Counted from the stretch's first letter, positions 1-14,639 are shown. The stretch is DNA of 64,000 nucleotides from the human T2T-CHM13v2.0 reference genome, Homo sapiens (GCF_009914755.1 NC_060935.1), one strand, 5' to 3'. A program made the numbers and translations. The notes: generated from the letters alone by a model not told the origin.

Positions 1-1177
1 TGGCAGCCAGCCAGACAATGGAAGCTGAATGTTTCCTGGGCTCAGCCTAGCAAATATTCAACTGTAATAAAAGCCACGGTCCAGTGAGCAATTAGAGAAA
101 GATGCCCAGGTGTCACTGGAGAGGGTAGTTCTTATTTACAAGAACACATGGAGCCTGGTGAGCAGGCAGCCCTCCTCCTTGGCCTTGACTTTATCACAGC
201 AAACAGGCCTGACCAAGAGCTTTCCTTCAGACACTTGCAGCTGGCTGGGAAATGAGTGTGATAGTAAACACATGTTGCTTCGCTTGTGACCTGACAAATC
301 AGATTACCTGCCTCAGACACACACAGGGGCTTTATAGTGAGGCTATCTAAAAATCAAGCTCTCTGAATGTACAACTGGTTTGTTGTTGTTTGTTGGGGTC
401 TGAAATTACTCAGAACGCCTTGCAGTCACGTGGAACAGAATATATTTTATTTTATTGTCTCCCATTCCAACGGAGCTAACACTAGCCTTGTTTGTGTCAA
501 GGAACCCAAACATTATCATTCAAAGGCCGTATTCACAAACGAAGCGGGATGGCCATAAAACTGATGACCTTGCTGCTTCTGGAATCTCATAAAAAGTTTC
601 CAAGCTGCTCCTCCCCAGAGCAAATAAGGGCGTTGCAGTTGCTAGTCCCCTGGCAGGGTTCCAGCTGGGGCTATTACATTCCTCCCTCATAAATACAGAC
701 TTGTCGGCCTGACAGGGTGCTTAACTCTGGAGGTGCTGCTGTGTTTGGAGCATTTAAACCCAGAGGCAGGGGCGACGCAGAAAAAAAAAAGGCATCAGAG
801 TTGTCGGGGAGCAGGTAGGGAATGGTGAAAAGAGGCAACACTGATTGAGAAGATGTCATGTGCCAGGCACTGTGCAAATGATTATGTATGCATTTTCTCA
901 TTCAAGCTTTGTAACTTATTCATAGGCCAGCCCTCAGTGGAAAGCGTTAACCCATGTGCCCATGTATTGAAGGTCAAAAGACACATGCCAACTACATTTG
1001 GCATTTTTGTTGGGGTCACAGTGGATATTGTTTATTAACTGTGTGTGTTTCCCAATGGTCTTTGTGGTGGAAATGGCCCACTGATACAAATGCAAGAGCC
1101 AATGGGCCATGTGTCTGGGTAGGGCTTCCAGGAATCTATTGTTTGAAGCTCTTTGAATGATGATGATGTGAAACTTA

Positions 1178-1511
<334 letters not shown>

Positions 1512-1640
1512 GTGGGGTGAAAAATGGCAAAACACACAGAAGAGGCTGAAATATGGATAGCACCATGGATACGTTCCCTCACCCCAATCTGCCTGTGCTG
1601 GGCTCCTTGTCACCATGAAAAAATAAACCCTTCCTTGTTA

Positions 1641-2216
1641 TGCTGGACACTCTAAGGTGGCCCCCATGATCCCCACCTGCTGGTGGTCATGTCTGTATGT
1701 GCTCCACTCCCCTTGAATATGGGTAGGGCCTGTGACTTGCTTCTAACCAGTGTGGCAAAGGGGACGGAATGTGACTCTGCTGCTTATGTCATGTTATGCA
1801 AAGCTTCTTCTTAGCAGGCTTACTCTCGAGATTCTCCCTGCTGACCTGATGAAGTAAGCAGCCTTGTCGGGAAAGCCTACATGGCAAGGAACTGCAAATG
1901 GCCTCTAGGAACTGTGAGTGGCCTTTAGGAGCTGAAGTTGGCCTCCAATCAGCAAGAAGCCAGGGCACTTAGTCCTACTGCAGCAAGGAAATACATTCTG
2001 CCAACCATCTGAATGAGCTTGGAAGTGGATTCTTCCCAAGCCAAGCCTCCATATAAGAATGCAGCCCACCTGACACATTCATAACAGCTGAGCAGAGGAC
2101 CCAATTAAACCGTGCCTGGACTCTTCATCCACAGAAACTTCGAGATAATCAATGCATGTTGCGTTAAGCCATGACGTTTGTGATAATTCGTTATGCAGCA
2201 ATAAATGACTAACACA
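1641..2216 (+). mobile_element. MaLR solo LTR (MLT1F-like)
   Basis: TG start, CTAAGGTGGCCCCCATGATCCCCACCT, and a 3' end ...TTATGCAGCAATAAATGACTAACACA. Confidence 0.75.
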
Positions 2217-2692
2217 CTCCTTTACACAGCTCTAGTCAGCTTTTCTTTATGTGCAGCCAAACTGATACATAGTTGGTGGATACACAGATGATCATCTAGG
2301 GAGACCTCCCAAAATGGGAGGAACGGGAACTGATGCTTAGAGAAGGTAGAAGAGCAGGGATTGTCAGCAACTGAAGAGACAGCTGCAGTCTTAGACATTT
2401 TTCTCCCAAGAGAAAAATTGGGTATTCTCATTCAGAAGGCCTTTAGCTGCTAACTATGTAGATGCTCTCCAAAATACCATAAGTGATTAAGAACTAGGAA
2501 AAAGAAAGTTTGTTTGATAAACCTTTGGAGTAAGTCTTTCACTGATTAAGGTAGGAGAGTAGCAGTTTCTTTTGATATTCAAGGCTCTTTGTAAGCAATT
2601 GGCTGCCTTCCATTCAATTATCAAGATGTGCCATAATTTACCAAGTCCTTCCTCTAATCGCAGACTATTTGAGATGCCTTCCATCTCTAAGA

Positions 2693-2997
<305 letters not shown>

Positions 2998-3049
2998 TAA
3001 GATTTTTAGATTTGTTGGAAATAGTTATGAAATCCGAACATAGCAATAC

Positions 3050-3280
3050 AATACCAGCTGGCATCTTATGAGCACTTACTCTGCAAAGTGCTGTGTCAAG
3101 CCCTTCACTTGGATTATCTCTTTCATGCTCACATCCATCTTGCAAGGTAGGAATGATTATTACCCCCACAAGACAGAAGAGAATACTGAGACTCAGAAAG
3201 GTTCAGCAGCCAGCCAGAAGGGGGCGGGGTTCAAACGCAGGCAGCAGCCTCCATACCCAAGGTGTTTAAACACTAGGTTA
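3050..3280 (-). mobile_element. MIR
   Basis: Reverse MIR core (GAGCACTTACT...ACTGAGACTCAGAAAGGTT). Confidence 0.7.
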
Positions 3281-3289
3281 TTCATTCAG

Positions 3290-3760
3290 TTGTAAAAGAT
3301 GGAAAATAGAGAAAAATAGTAATAAAAAGGGGAAGGGAAAATTTTCCTTTACTCCAAACACCTAAGAACAACCACAGATAACTTTCTGATATATTTCCTA
3401 ACAACACAGAAATTAGACTAAATATACAAATGTGTATCCTGTGTCTATTTTTTCAGTTATTGTAATGCTTTCAAGGCTCCTTGTAAGAACTGGCCACCTT
3501 CTATTCCATTGTCAAGATGTGCCATAATTTGCCAAGACCTTCCCCTAACAACAGACAATTTGAGATGCTTTCCATCTAGGGCTATTACTAATAAAGCTGC
3601 ACTAAGCATCTTTGTGCATAAAGATTTTTCCACATTTGGAGTTTCCATATGAGGGTAGAATCCCCCAAGTGGTATGATCGAATCAGAAAGGATGAGTACA
3701 CACTTAAGGGTATTGACACTCCCTGCTCTGATTGGCTCCAGTTCAACGATGCCACAAGAG
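3290..3760 (-). mobile_element. Old L1M fragment
   Basis: TTCCATTGT...GTGCCATAATTT...GCTATTACTAATAAAGCTGC resembles reverse L1M sequence. Confidence 0.55.
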
Positions 3761-4334
3761 GCTTTGGAGACAAGAGAAGGAAGACCTGCATCTCTCAAAC
3801 AGGAATGGACCCCTCCCATGAACATTCCTGTCTTCAAAAGTGACATGAGGGACTATTTACCTTTAGAAGGCCAGATTTTTATTGTCCTCTGGAATACAGT
3901 GCTTCTTCCAGACACTATAAAATTCAAGCCTAATATTTGGTAAACTTCCCTAGTGTTTGTGTTTCGTAAACTGTCTCCCAGCTGTAGCCTCAGCTCTCTT
4001 TATATGTTCCTAAATAAACACCAGGTCCTGCTCACTGCCTTCTGGTCAGAGCAGAACTCTGCTGTCACCCAGCCTCTTGGTTCTCATTGGTACCTACCAT
4101 ATTTTCCATTATTTTATAGATGCTCAAAAGGACAAAAGAAGTTTTTAACCCTACAGGCACAAAAATGTGCTTTGTTTTTTAGGGAAAATAAGTGAAACTT
4201 TAAAAAAAAAGTTTATTGTGATGGCTAAATGACCCAGGAAAAGCAGTTCTCATGCCATCTGTTGCAGCTCTGTTTCAAATTAGGATGATGGAGCCAGCTA
4301 TTTGAATGGAAAGGGACCCTAGGGCACCTAGTAA

Positions 4335-4560
4335 TGAAAATACCTAGCATTTCCTGAATGTTTACTGTGTGCCATGCACTGGGCTAAGTATTTCACATAG
4401 ATTGTTTCCTATAACCTCAGCACAACCCTATCAGCTAGATAGACTAATTTTTCCTGTTTTACAGATACTGAAACAAAGAGACAGAGAGATAAATAACATT
4501 CCAAGGTCCTACAGCTATTTAGCCCTTTCATTAGAGCCACAATACATCTTAGAGACCAGT
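4335..4560 (-). mobile_element. MIR
   Basis: TACTGTGTGCCATGCACTGGGCTAAG...TTTTACAGAT..ACTGAA. Confidence 0.7.
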
Positions 4561-4670
4561 GAGGTCTTAACTCTGCTCTAGGGCTTCTAGGACCACTGCA
4601 GACACAAGGGCTGTCCAAGAAGGGAAAGTCAAAGAGAAAGGCCCCTACCCATCTTACTTTTCTTTCTCCC

Positions 4671-5457
4671 TGTGGTAGACAGAATAATGGCCTCCCAAAG
4701 ATGTCCATGTTCTAACCTCTAGAATCTGTGATATGTTATCTTACATGGCAAAAGGAACTTTGCAGATATGACTAAGTTCAGAACTGGGAGACAGGGAGAT
4801 TATCTAGGATTATCCAAGTGGGGCCAATCTAATTACACAGGACCTTGAAAATAAAGAACCTTTCCCAGCTGTGGTCAGGAGCTGTGACTGTGGAAGAATG
4901 ATTAGAGAGATGCAATGTTGCTAATTTTGATGATGGAGGAAGGGCCATGAGCCCCAAAAGTGGAATTTCTAGAAACTGGAAAAGGCAAAAAAAAAAAAAA
5001 AAAGGCTGCTACCACAGAACCTCCAGAAAGGAATTCAGTCCTGCCAACATCTTGATTTTAGCCCAGTGAAACCCATCTGACTTCTAACCTGTTGAACTAT
5101 AAAATGATAATCATGTGTTTTGTTTTGTTTTGAGACAGAGTCTCACTCTGTCTCCCAGGCTGGAATGCACTGACGCCATCTTGGCTCACTGCAACTTCTG
5201 TCTCCTGGGTTCAAGCAATTCTCATGCCTTGGCCTCCCAAGAAGCTGGGACCACAGGCATGTGCCACCATGCCCGGCTAAGGCTGGTCATGTTGGCCAGG
5301 CTGGTCTCAAAGTCCTGGCCTCAAGTGATCTGCCTGCCTTGTCCTCCCAAAGTGCTGGGATTACAGGCATGAGCTACCACGCCCGGTCCAATCGTGTGTT
5401 CTTTTGAACGACTTAATTTGTGGTAATTTGTTATGACAGAAATAGCAACTTAGTATA
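4671..5457 (+). mobile_element. MLT1D solo LTR interrupted by an Alu
   Basis: TGTGGTAGACAGAATAATGGCCTCCCAAAGATGTCC start; resumes after the Alu with AATTTGTGGTAATTTGTTATGACAG. Confidence 0.85.
5119..5389 (-). mobile_element. Alu with internal deletion of the linker region
   Basis: Reverse Alu with TSD AATC(A/G)TGTGTT. The linker and adjacent bases are missing at about 5281. Confidence 0.9.
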
Positions 5458-5937
5458 CCCTTGTTATAGGCAAATCATCTCCACTATGTTTTTGAGATTG
5501 CTTTTCATTCAGTGTGATCGTTTATTTGGGAAAGAAAACAAAGGGGACTTTTCCTGTTTTTTTAAAAAAAGTTGAAAACTAATTCCTCTTTTTTCTCCCC
5601 CAGAAGAATAATGCTTATGCCTAGAGATAGAATGTGCTTTTTCTGTGGTCACACCATGACAAGGCAACAAGCCCAGTGTTTACTCAACTGCAGCCCCACT
5701 GAGTGCTCAGGAACCTCCTCCTCTGAGCCAGGGCTACAACTTTGGGCTCTGACGCATAATCTGGCACTAAATATTTGATGAAAAGCTTTGTCACTCAGCC
5801 ATTCAACAAATATCCCCCAGGATGGATCAGACACTGTACCATGCATTGGCAATGAAGGGATGAATGCACCTCAGTCCCACCACTGGGAAACTCAGGGACT
5901 TACATTACAGTGACTAGAATTATGATATGCAGGGCAG

Positions 5938-6359
5938 GTTCTGTGGTTTGTTTGACCTCTCCAAACCTCATGCTGAAATGTGATCCCCAGTGTTGGAGGT
6001 GGGGTCTAATGGGAAGTGTTTGGGTCATGGGAACAGATCCCTCTCAATGGCTTGGTCCACTCCTCATGGTAATAAATGAGATCTTGCTTTATTCATTCCC
6101 ACAAGAGCTGGTTTCTAAAAAAGACCCTGGCACCTCTCACCTCTCTCTCTTGCTTCCTTTCTCACCATGTGATCTCTGCACAGCCATCTTCCCTTCCCTT
6201 TCCTCCATGATTGGAAGCTCCCTGAAGCTCTCACCAGAAGCAGATGCTGGTACCATGCTTCTTGTACAGCCTGCAGAACCATAAGCCAAATAAACCTCTT
6301 TTCTTTATAAATTACCCAGCCTTGGTTATTCTTTGATAGCAATGCAAGCAGACTAAGAT
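5938..6359 (+). mobile_element. MSTB-like solo LTR
   Basis: CCAAACCTCATGCTGAAATGTGATCCCCAGTGTTGGAGGTGGGG ... AATAAACCTCTTTTCTTTATAAATTACCCAG...GACTAAG. Confidence 0.85.
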
Positions 6360-7129
6360 GGCAAGACAGATCACAGACAAAGGCTACCTAGCTCAGTCCT
6401 ACCTAGCTCATTTCCAGGAAATGACATCTAAAATAAGGCGTGAAAGATAAGTGAAAACTGACCAGGCATAGAAGAAAAGAATATTGTTTTTTTGTAGAAG
6501 GAATAGCAGGGAGAGAAGAAATGGATAGCTTCCATGAGTCAAGAGAATGGATGAAACACAGGTTTTAAAGAGATGGTGGTCAGGATAGTTGAGATAAGAG
6601 AAGTAAACCAGAGTGGCTACAAAGGGCCTTACGAGCTAAGTTTAAAATTCACTTGAGTTTACTATCCCTGAATGTCCATTACCTCATTACAAGGGGAAGC
6701 CATGGAAGGTCTACTCTAAACTGACATAGAGAGATACCAAGCATGGGGCCAGGACAGAATAGGAACACAATAAATACCTGTTGATTCTGAATTCAAGCTG
6801 GTGATTCGTATAATCAAGGTATGTGAAAAGTGCAATGGGAGCAAGGAGGAGGGACGGGCTAGCTCTACCTGCAAGGGATGGGAAGATTCACAAGCAGGCA
6901 AAGTTGGCTTGGGCCTTAAAGGGTGAGTACGACAATGGGTGTGTTAAGTGACTTGTTATTTTTCTCTGCAATCTTCTATTAGCACATACTGACAGTCTTT
7001 GGGGTCCATCACACTCTCAAAGACCTTCATGCCTTGAAAATCCTGCAAATTCACACCTCTATTTCTAGTTTTTTATTTTGTACTAATGATGTATTATCAT
7101 ACTATAATGTTGGACTAGCTTTCCAAAGG

Positions 7130-7735
7130 CATGCGGTAGAAACAGGCCCCATCCCCAACAACCTTCTTCCTTACCAACAAAACATTAGCTTTATTCAAGA
7201 CAGAAAAGTGCCAGCCCTGGGTTGGTGGGGGTTAAATCGTGATTGACCTAAGTCAGTCATGACTATTTCATTAACATTTGCCAGACACTCACTTTTCCAG
7301 GCTCCCTTGCATCTAAGGGCAGTCATGGGACCCAGTTCTGGTCAATAATATTGTGGTCATTTAGGTATAAGAGTGAATCAGCTGGGAGGGCTTCTGGGAT
7401 ACTTTTGTTTCCTCACTGATAAAATGACATAGTCATTCCAAGAAAAGGATCTTTTGCCACTCCACACTCCCACTCCTTGTCACCTGTCTACTTTTGAATA
7501 CTGTTGTAATATCTGGAGACACGGCAGCCATCTTGAAACCATGAGAAACAGGCAGAAGAATCAATGACCTACATAAATATAGAGATGAAAAAGTGCCCGT
7601 CAACTCAATAATACTGTGGAACTGCTGTTCTCACTTTAGACTACTTATCTCCAGACTTCCTATTATGTGAGATAATCAAAGTGATATGGTGTGGGCCACT
7701 ATCCGTCAGGGTTTTATTACTTATAGCCAAATAGA
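7130..7735 (+). mobile_element. Old MLT1 (J/K-like) LTR
   Basis: CCCAGTTCTGGTCAAT, GGCAGCCATCTTG..ACCATGAG and TTATTACTTATAGCCAAA motifs. Confidence 0.55.
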
Positions 7736-8514
7736 TTTTAAATTATATAGATGTTTCCAGAAAGAGGACTATCTTTCTTCTCACCAGGATTATGAAGCTC
7801 TAAGACTATTAATAAAATGGCCAACTAGCCACACGAAGATGCAAGATATTGTTTTCCCAATCCAGAAAGCAGAAAACTTTCTTCCTTTAATCTTCCCTTC
7901 CCAATGATGACTCTTCCTTGGCTGGGAGGAGATGTTTGCACTTCAGATTTCATACCTCCAAATATTACCTATTGCTTCATTGCCCTTTATATTTGGCCAG
8001 GCCTTTATTCATGGTGGCCATTCTGGAGACCCCAGCTGGTTAGGAAAATTGAACTTGTCAAAAATCAGAGTGAGATTCTCCTTGGCAACTGCAAAGGTAA
8101 GCTGTCACCAGCCCTGTCAACAGTCACAGCAGAAAGAGAGCTATTTATTCATCTAAGACCTTCATGAGTCACAGTCTAAACATTCTGCAAACCCTCCCCT
8201 GGCAAGTCATACCCTGCCCCAGTCTCTGGGGAGAATGCTTCCCACCCAGAGCCACTTCAACACAACAGACTCTTGGCTTTGGCTGTCTAATCTTTGGGCT
8301 GCACAAGTGGTCATGTTATTAATGACTCTGAGTCATCATATAGGGTATTCCATCTGGAGTGTGTGTAAAGAGGAGGAAGATGGAGGGCTACTGTAGCCCA
8401 GACAAGAAGTGAGGCTTCCCCTTGCTATGCCTCTACCTCACTGTGTACCCTTCAAAATGCAACCAATTTCTTGCATTATAATGCTTCAAATCTCTCCACT
8501 TCTTGGTGAACTCC

Positions 8515-8819
<305 letters not shown>

Positions 8820-9169
8820 TGACCTCCCCTTTTAATGCCCTCTTGTTTGTCCGTGTCAAGCAGCATTCAAAGAACTGAACAGTACCCAGATGGGTTTGCA
8901 CAGTGCTGAGGGTGAGAGAGATGGCAGACAAGGGTTCTGTTTTTTATATATATATATATATTTTTTTTTAATTTTAAGCCTAGGTTTTTAATTATACTTT
9001 TTCATTTTTGTTTTAAATTTCTGCTCCATGCCAGTGTATACAGTGAATATGACCATGCCCCTTGAATGTTAAGCCTTGATGGCACCTTTCATGCAGAGCT
9101 TGACTCCGTGTATGTAGTTTAGTTGTTACTTCTTTCAGGAAGTCTCCTCTTATTTATTTAAGTGGTGCT

Positions 9170-9350
9170 CCGTTTATGAGTCCCTATAACACCTGCTACC
9201 TTCCTTAACAAAAGAGTTTATCACACTGGTAATTTGGTCACTCCTGTGACTGCAAGGTCTGTAAGAGCAGGGTCTATCTCGTCACCTATGTCAAGAACAT
9301 TCTCTGACACATAGTGGGCACCTCAACTAACATATAGCGAGTGAGTGAGT
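9170..9350 (+). mobile_element. L2 3' end
   Basis: GACTGCAAGG...GAGCAGGG...GACACATAGTGGGCAC followed by (GAGT)n. Confidence 0.6.
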
Positions 9351-9563
9351 AGATGGGCCACCTTCTACAGCCTTCTACAACGGAGCAAATCCCAAAACTG
9401 GCCTTCAGGCCCCCAGACTTGGCCTAGACTTGGTAGAGAAGATGAGGACAGGACTGATCAGAGGGATGTTTCTGATATTCTATCATTCTGTGGTCACGGC
9501 AACATCAATACCTTGTGGATATGGACCAAGGCTTATAGTTTCCTGTCCAATAAAAGAGAATCT

Positions 9564-9863
9564 GGCTGGCCACAGTGGCTCAAACCTATAATCCCAACAC
9601 TTTGGGAAGCCCAGGCAGGGGATCACTTAAGCCCAGGAGTTTCAGATCAGCACAGGTAACGTAGTGAAACCTCATCTCTACTGAAAAAACTAAAAGTTAG
9701 TCAGATGTGTTGGCATGTTCCTGTAGTCCCAGATACTGAGGAGGCTGAGGCAAGAGGATCACTTGAGCCTAGGAGTTCGAGGCTATAGTGAGCTATGATC
9801 GCACTACTGCATTCAGCCTGTTCAACAGAGTGAGACCTTGTCTCAAAGAAAGAAAAAAAAAAG
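9564..9863 (+). mobile_element. AluJ inserted in a MIR
   Basis: GGATCACTTAAGCCCAGGAG and GAGGCTATAGTGAGCTATGATC are J diagnostics; the MIR resumes after the tail. Confidence 0.9.
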
Positions 9864-11216
9864 ATGGAAAAATAGGTCTTAATATTATACGTTTGCTGCG
9901 GAGATTAAAGGAGATTGCATGCTCACAGTCTGTGACCCATAGTAAGTGTTCAATACATGCAACTGCTATTATTACGAGCTAAGAAGGGACTAAGAACCAA
10001 AATCAATGTTTCTTCCTGTTATAACATAACCCTCCCACCTGAATGTCTGCCCCCTTGTGGTGTTGCCAGGGAATGCTAGGATTTATCTGGCTATCTTTCA
10101 ATGCCTAATATGACACCTAATTTGAAATCACCTGGCACTCGCACACACAATGTACGCTCTTTTCCTTAAATCCAGATTGTACCTATTTACCTGGACGTAT
10201 CCAGAACTTGCACTGTGGCCTTTTCCAGATGCAATCCAGCTTTTAAGATTTTATGTGTAATCCCCATCTCTCCCGACCTTACTGGACTTTGCCTCTGGAC
10301 TCTCTGGAGTATGAGTCCAAGCAGCCCTCATAGACTCTGGCATGGGTTTGTCTGCTGACTCTCCTGGCTCCCCACTTCCTTGATAGGAAGTTCTCGTCAT
10401 GTCTTCAAGTTCCTCTCAGCTGAGACCACAGCCAACTAGCCAGCTGGCTTCCTGGTTGAACAACCAACACCCCTGGGTCCAGCACAGAAATGGTACCCAG
10501 GAAAAGTGTATGGAATCCAGTGTCCTTATGTTTCCTGTCCATTTCCAGTTCATCACTGGGATGGGGCTGAGACCTTATCCTCAACAAGGCTAAAACCTCC
10601 TCTGAAATGGCTATGTGCCTCACACCAAAGGACAAGAAAATTGCCCATTGGTAGGCAAATGTGAGTGTGGGAGTGAACCCCAAAAACCTATCAATTACCC
10701 TGACCCGAAAAAACACTATCAATGTAAAATGCAGCCCAGAGAATAAACATATCCCAAACCAGTTTCAAAGTGTGATTGACACCAGATAAATTCATTTTGG
10801 GGGGACCATGTTAAAAAGGGGAAGGGAGAAACTCGTTGAGCACCATATTCCTGACATGTTCTCACATAATCCACACAACATCCTGTAACCTTGATAGCTC
10901 TGTCTTTAAGGTGAGCTGTGAAACTCAGATCAGATTAGTAATTTACCCCAAAAGTTACATATTAAGTGACCAAACATGGATTCAAGCCCATATCTGTCTC
11001 CAAGCCCAAGGTCTAAGAACTCTCATTCTCCCATACTAGCCATAAAAAGGTAAAACTCCCCTTCTAGAGATGATTACCCATAACATCTCCCCTTGGTAGA
11101 CACTCTGTCTTCTCCTTTCCTCTGCAGACTTTCTGTTGAGATCCTGCCCAGCCAACCAGCCAGCGGGCTTTATTCTTCTTAAGGCCTTTAAGAAGGCCCT
11201 CTCTACTTAGAAAGGC

Positions 11217-11460
11217 AGTAGCATAGAGCACAGTCATTAAATCTGGTTCCAGAGCCAGGTAGCCTAGGTTCAAATCCCAGTGCCACTACTTACCAGCTTT
11301 GTGACATTGGACAAGGTATTTAGAGTGTCTGTGCCTCAGTTTTCTCTTCTGTAAAGTAGGGGCAATAGTAGTAACCTATCTCACGGGTGGTTGTGAAGAT
11401 TGACCGAGTTCATATGGGGCTGACATATATTAAGTGCTCAGTAAGTTTTAGCTACCAGTA
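11217..11460 (+). mobile_element. MIR, near full length
   Basis: GGTTCAAATCCCAGTGCCACT...TGTGACATTGGACAAG...GTGCCTCAGTTTTCTC.TCTGTAAA. Confidence 0.85.
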
Positions 11461-12239
11461 TTACAAGTTAATTTTATAAAAATTTGACAAGGCATTATAA
11501 ATTTCATTGGGCAGATGAGGAAACTGAGGCAGAGGACGGTTAATATCTTGTCCATGGTCACACTGCTTATCACAGGGAAAGCCAGGATCAGTTGAAAAGA
11601 AAAGGGGGGTCTCCCAATTCCTTACCCAGGGCACTCTGTCCTCCTGCTCACTTAACCAAGAGGCAGAAAAAGCAATTTACCTGTTAATACAAGACATAAT
11701 CTCCCCTCCCTGATGTTCTCCCTGTCACATGAACCACAAAGAAGTCACCACAAACATCCATTTATTTATAAACCTACAACATTAGCCTCTTCACTTAAAA
11801 GCCTCTTGGTAACTTGCTGGTTAAAAGCGTTTCAGATTCTGTCAGAGAAACAAGCTCACACTGACATCTTGTCTCCATATGCCTTTGAAAACCTGCTGAG
11901 AGTCCCTTAATCCCTCGCTGAGGAACGTTCCTCTGCACTGTGTTCTTCTAAGGTTTCCACCGTTGGGTGTGGGTATTTTCTGAAAGCTCTCTCTTTTGAA
12001 AAATTCCCATGCTTTGAGTCATGCCAAAATCAGAGGGAAATGAATGCTGCCAAAAGTCCCAACATTTACATAAGCTCTTAATCAGCCCTCTGGTTCATTA
12101 CAGTGTGACATATCAGTTACACTGCTGTTCAGGCAAAGAAATGGGGTCTTGGAATCTGCAGAGGGCCCTGGAAAATTGTGTTCTCTGAGTGGAAGTGGAG
12201 CAGGTTCCAGCTTCTCCCTTTATAAAAGTTCGATCTTGG

Positions 12240-12640
12240 CTGCATTTGTGTTTACGTATTTAGTAAATATTTATTGGTTTCTTAATATGGGGACCATAAT
12301 AATTGATGGAGAGACAATAATAAGTAAAAAAGATATGACCCCTGACTTTATGAAGCTTATAGTCTAGATGGACAACAGACACTAATCAAAATAAAGGATA
12401 CTGTGAGAGTATCTAGTGGGGGACATAAACTTGACCCCATCTGGGGTTCAAGAAAAGCTTCTGCTAGTGAATGATGTTTCACCTGGAATCTGTAGGTCTG
12501 GGGAGCAGGAACGTCTAGGCAGTGTAGTACAAAGCGGGGTAGATGAAGTAGAGAGAGCAGAGAAAATGAAGATAGATGAAGCCAGTGAGCTAAGTACATC
12601 TTTATTTTAGAGCTATGGGAAACCACTGAGAGCCTGTAGC
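12240..12640 (-). mobile_element. L2
   Basis: AAATATTTATTG...CCCTGACTTTATGAAGCTTATAGTCTAG. Confidence 0.65.
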
Positions 12641-12817
12641 CACCGTGTCTAAGGGCGTCACCATCCTGATTATTATAAAATATTCTCCCTGTATTATGGT
12701 TATTTCCCTGTCATCTCCTACCCTGATTGGCATAATAGCTACTATTTTGCTAGCACTATTTTATATATACACATATATATATTCACATTATATGTGTTTT
12801 TATATACAGAGAGACTA

Positions 12818-12843
12818 CACACACACACACACACACACACACA
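12818..12843. repeat. (CA)n microsatellite
   Basis: About 13 CA units visible. Confidence 0.95.
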
Positions 12844-13174
12844 TATGGTCTCACCAATCCTCACCCCAACTCTATAAAGAATATACTATCATTATGCCCA
12901 TTTTACCGATGAAAAGAAGGCTCAAAGACAGCAAATAATCTGCCTATGACTACACAGATGAGACAGGTTGGAAGGCAGGTCTCTCTGATTCCAAGGTCCA
13001 AGTTTTTAACAAGTCAATACTGCAAGTTCCCTGCAGTCAGCAGCTGGGTCTTTCTGATTCTGCTTGGTTTGCTAATGCCTGGCCCACAGGCATTACAGGT
13101 GTATGGAACTAACTTCCTTGCTTGTCCAAGCCTCCTGTCCCCTACTCCTCACCTAATCATAGGTGACGCTTCTA

Positions 13175-13410
13175 AAGCCCTTACTTACTGCATGCCAGCT
13201 ATGGTTCTAGTACTTCATGCATATTTGCTCATTTTCATTTTTGCCGCAACCTATGAAGTAGGTACTATTATTTTCATCCTCTCCATTTTTCAGATAAGAG
13301 AACTGAGTTGCAGAAGCATTAATAGCTTCACCAAGGACACACAGTAATAAGCGGCCCAACAAAGATTCTAACCCAGGCCGACTGGATCCAGAGCTTGGAC
13401 TCCTAACAAC
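13175..13410 (-). mobile_element. MIR
   Basis: CCATTTTTCAGATAAGAGAACTGAG...CCAAGGACACACAG. Confidence 0.75.
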
Positions 13411-13981
13411 TAGAGATTATTGTTCCTTTCGCAATCCAGCCACATGAACCTCCTTTATATTTAATGCAAAATATGCATTGTTTTTCACCTCCAGCCTTCT
13501 CAAATGTCAATGTCTCTTCCTATGCATTCGCCTACTCCACCTAACCTCACTTTCCCTTGGGCTCCCTCCTATCCATCCTCCAGGATTCTTGGTCAGGGTC
13601 AGCTGCCCCTTCTGTGTGTGCTACCCCATCACCCTGTGCTTCCCCTTCCCAGCACTCAGCACATAAACTGGGTATTTCAACTACAGGTTCTCTGTCCACC
13701 TCCCACCCTTGACTTGAAGCTGCACAGGACAGGGTCCAAGCTACCCAGGCATTTCTATATCTACAATGCCTGCAGCTTGGCGGGGGCTCTATCATTACTG
13801 TGAAATGACCAGATACATTTATAAATAAGTGAATAAATTTGAATAGTTTTTTTGTACCCCAAAGTGGTTACACATAGCAGGCCTCATTCAGTGTTGCTGA
13901 ATGAAGAGTCAAGCGTATAATGTTATTCCAGAATTAAATTTTTACTTGTGGTTTTCTTTTTCTCCCTCTTTGTTTTCAAAG

Positions 13982-14013
13982 CCCAAAGAAAGATGACAGA
14001 AGAACAAAGATGA
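13982..14013 (+). CDS. Candidate coding start of an alternative terminal exon (phase 1: (A)QRKMTEEQR*); possibly an alternative CRADD last exon (recall only, unverified)
   Basis: Long polypyrimidine tract TTTTCTTTTTCTCCCTCTTTGTTTTCAAAG| in non-repeat sequence; TGA at 14011-14013 in the phase-1 frame. The gene assignment cannot be shown from this window. Confidence 0.35.
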
Positions 14014-14639
14014 AGGAGGAGGCCACTGGTTTACAGGAAGGGTAAAGGACAACGACTATCCAGATTTTTCTTCCAACTTTACTTTAAGAAAAAAAAAAAA
14101 ACAAAAAACTTGAGGTCCTCCTAAACCACAGGCATTTGAGCAGTCTGAGGGGTAGCCTCCTGGACTCCTTGTCTACCTGTCTCTCCTGAAGCTTGGAACC
14201 TGCAACAGCAGGCCCAGGGGCTCCACTGAGAGTGCTGGAGGCTCTGAAATGGAGCACGGAAGCTGGCGTGAGCTGTGATTGTTCCTGAGCCGCAAGGACA
14301 GTGGCTGTTCTGGGCACTTCAGGAAGTACTTGCTCCAAGAGGCCCTTCCAGCTATTGTTGTTAGGCCTGAGCATGCTGGGCTGGCACCAGGACAAGCTGC
14401 CCTCTCCAGGTCAAGGATTGGTCCAGGGCATTAGGGGCAGGAAGGTGAAGTGGGGAGGTAGCGGGGGAGGGAAGGATATGCAAACTAGGAAGGAGTCTTG
14501 GGCCTGGGCTTCTCTTTTCTTCAGGCCATTAATGCCAGGAGCCACCTGCCTCTAGGTTTATTTCTGTCTCCTCTGGCCATACACTGCACAGATTCATGAT
14601 AAACCAGATGCTGCCAGTGATATCTTGGCTGGGTCCACA

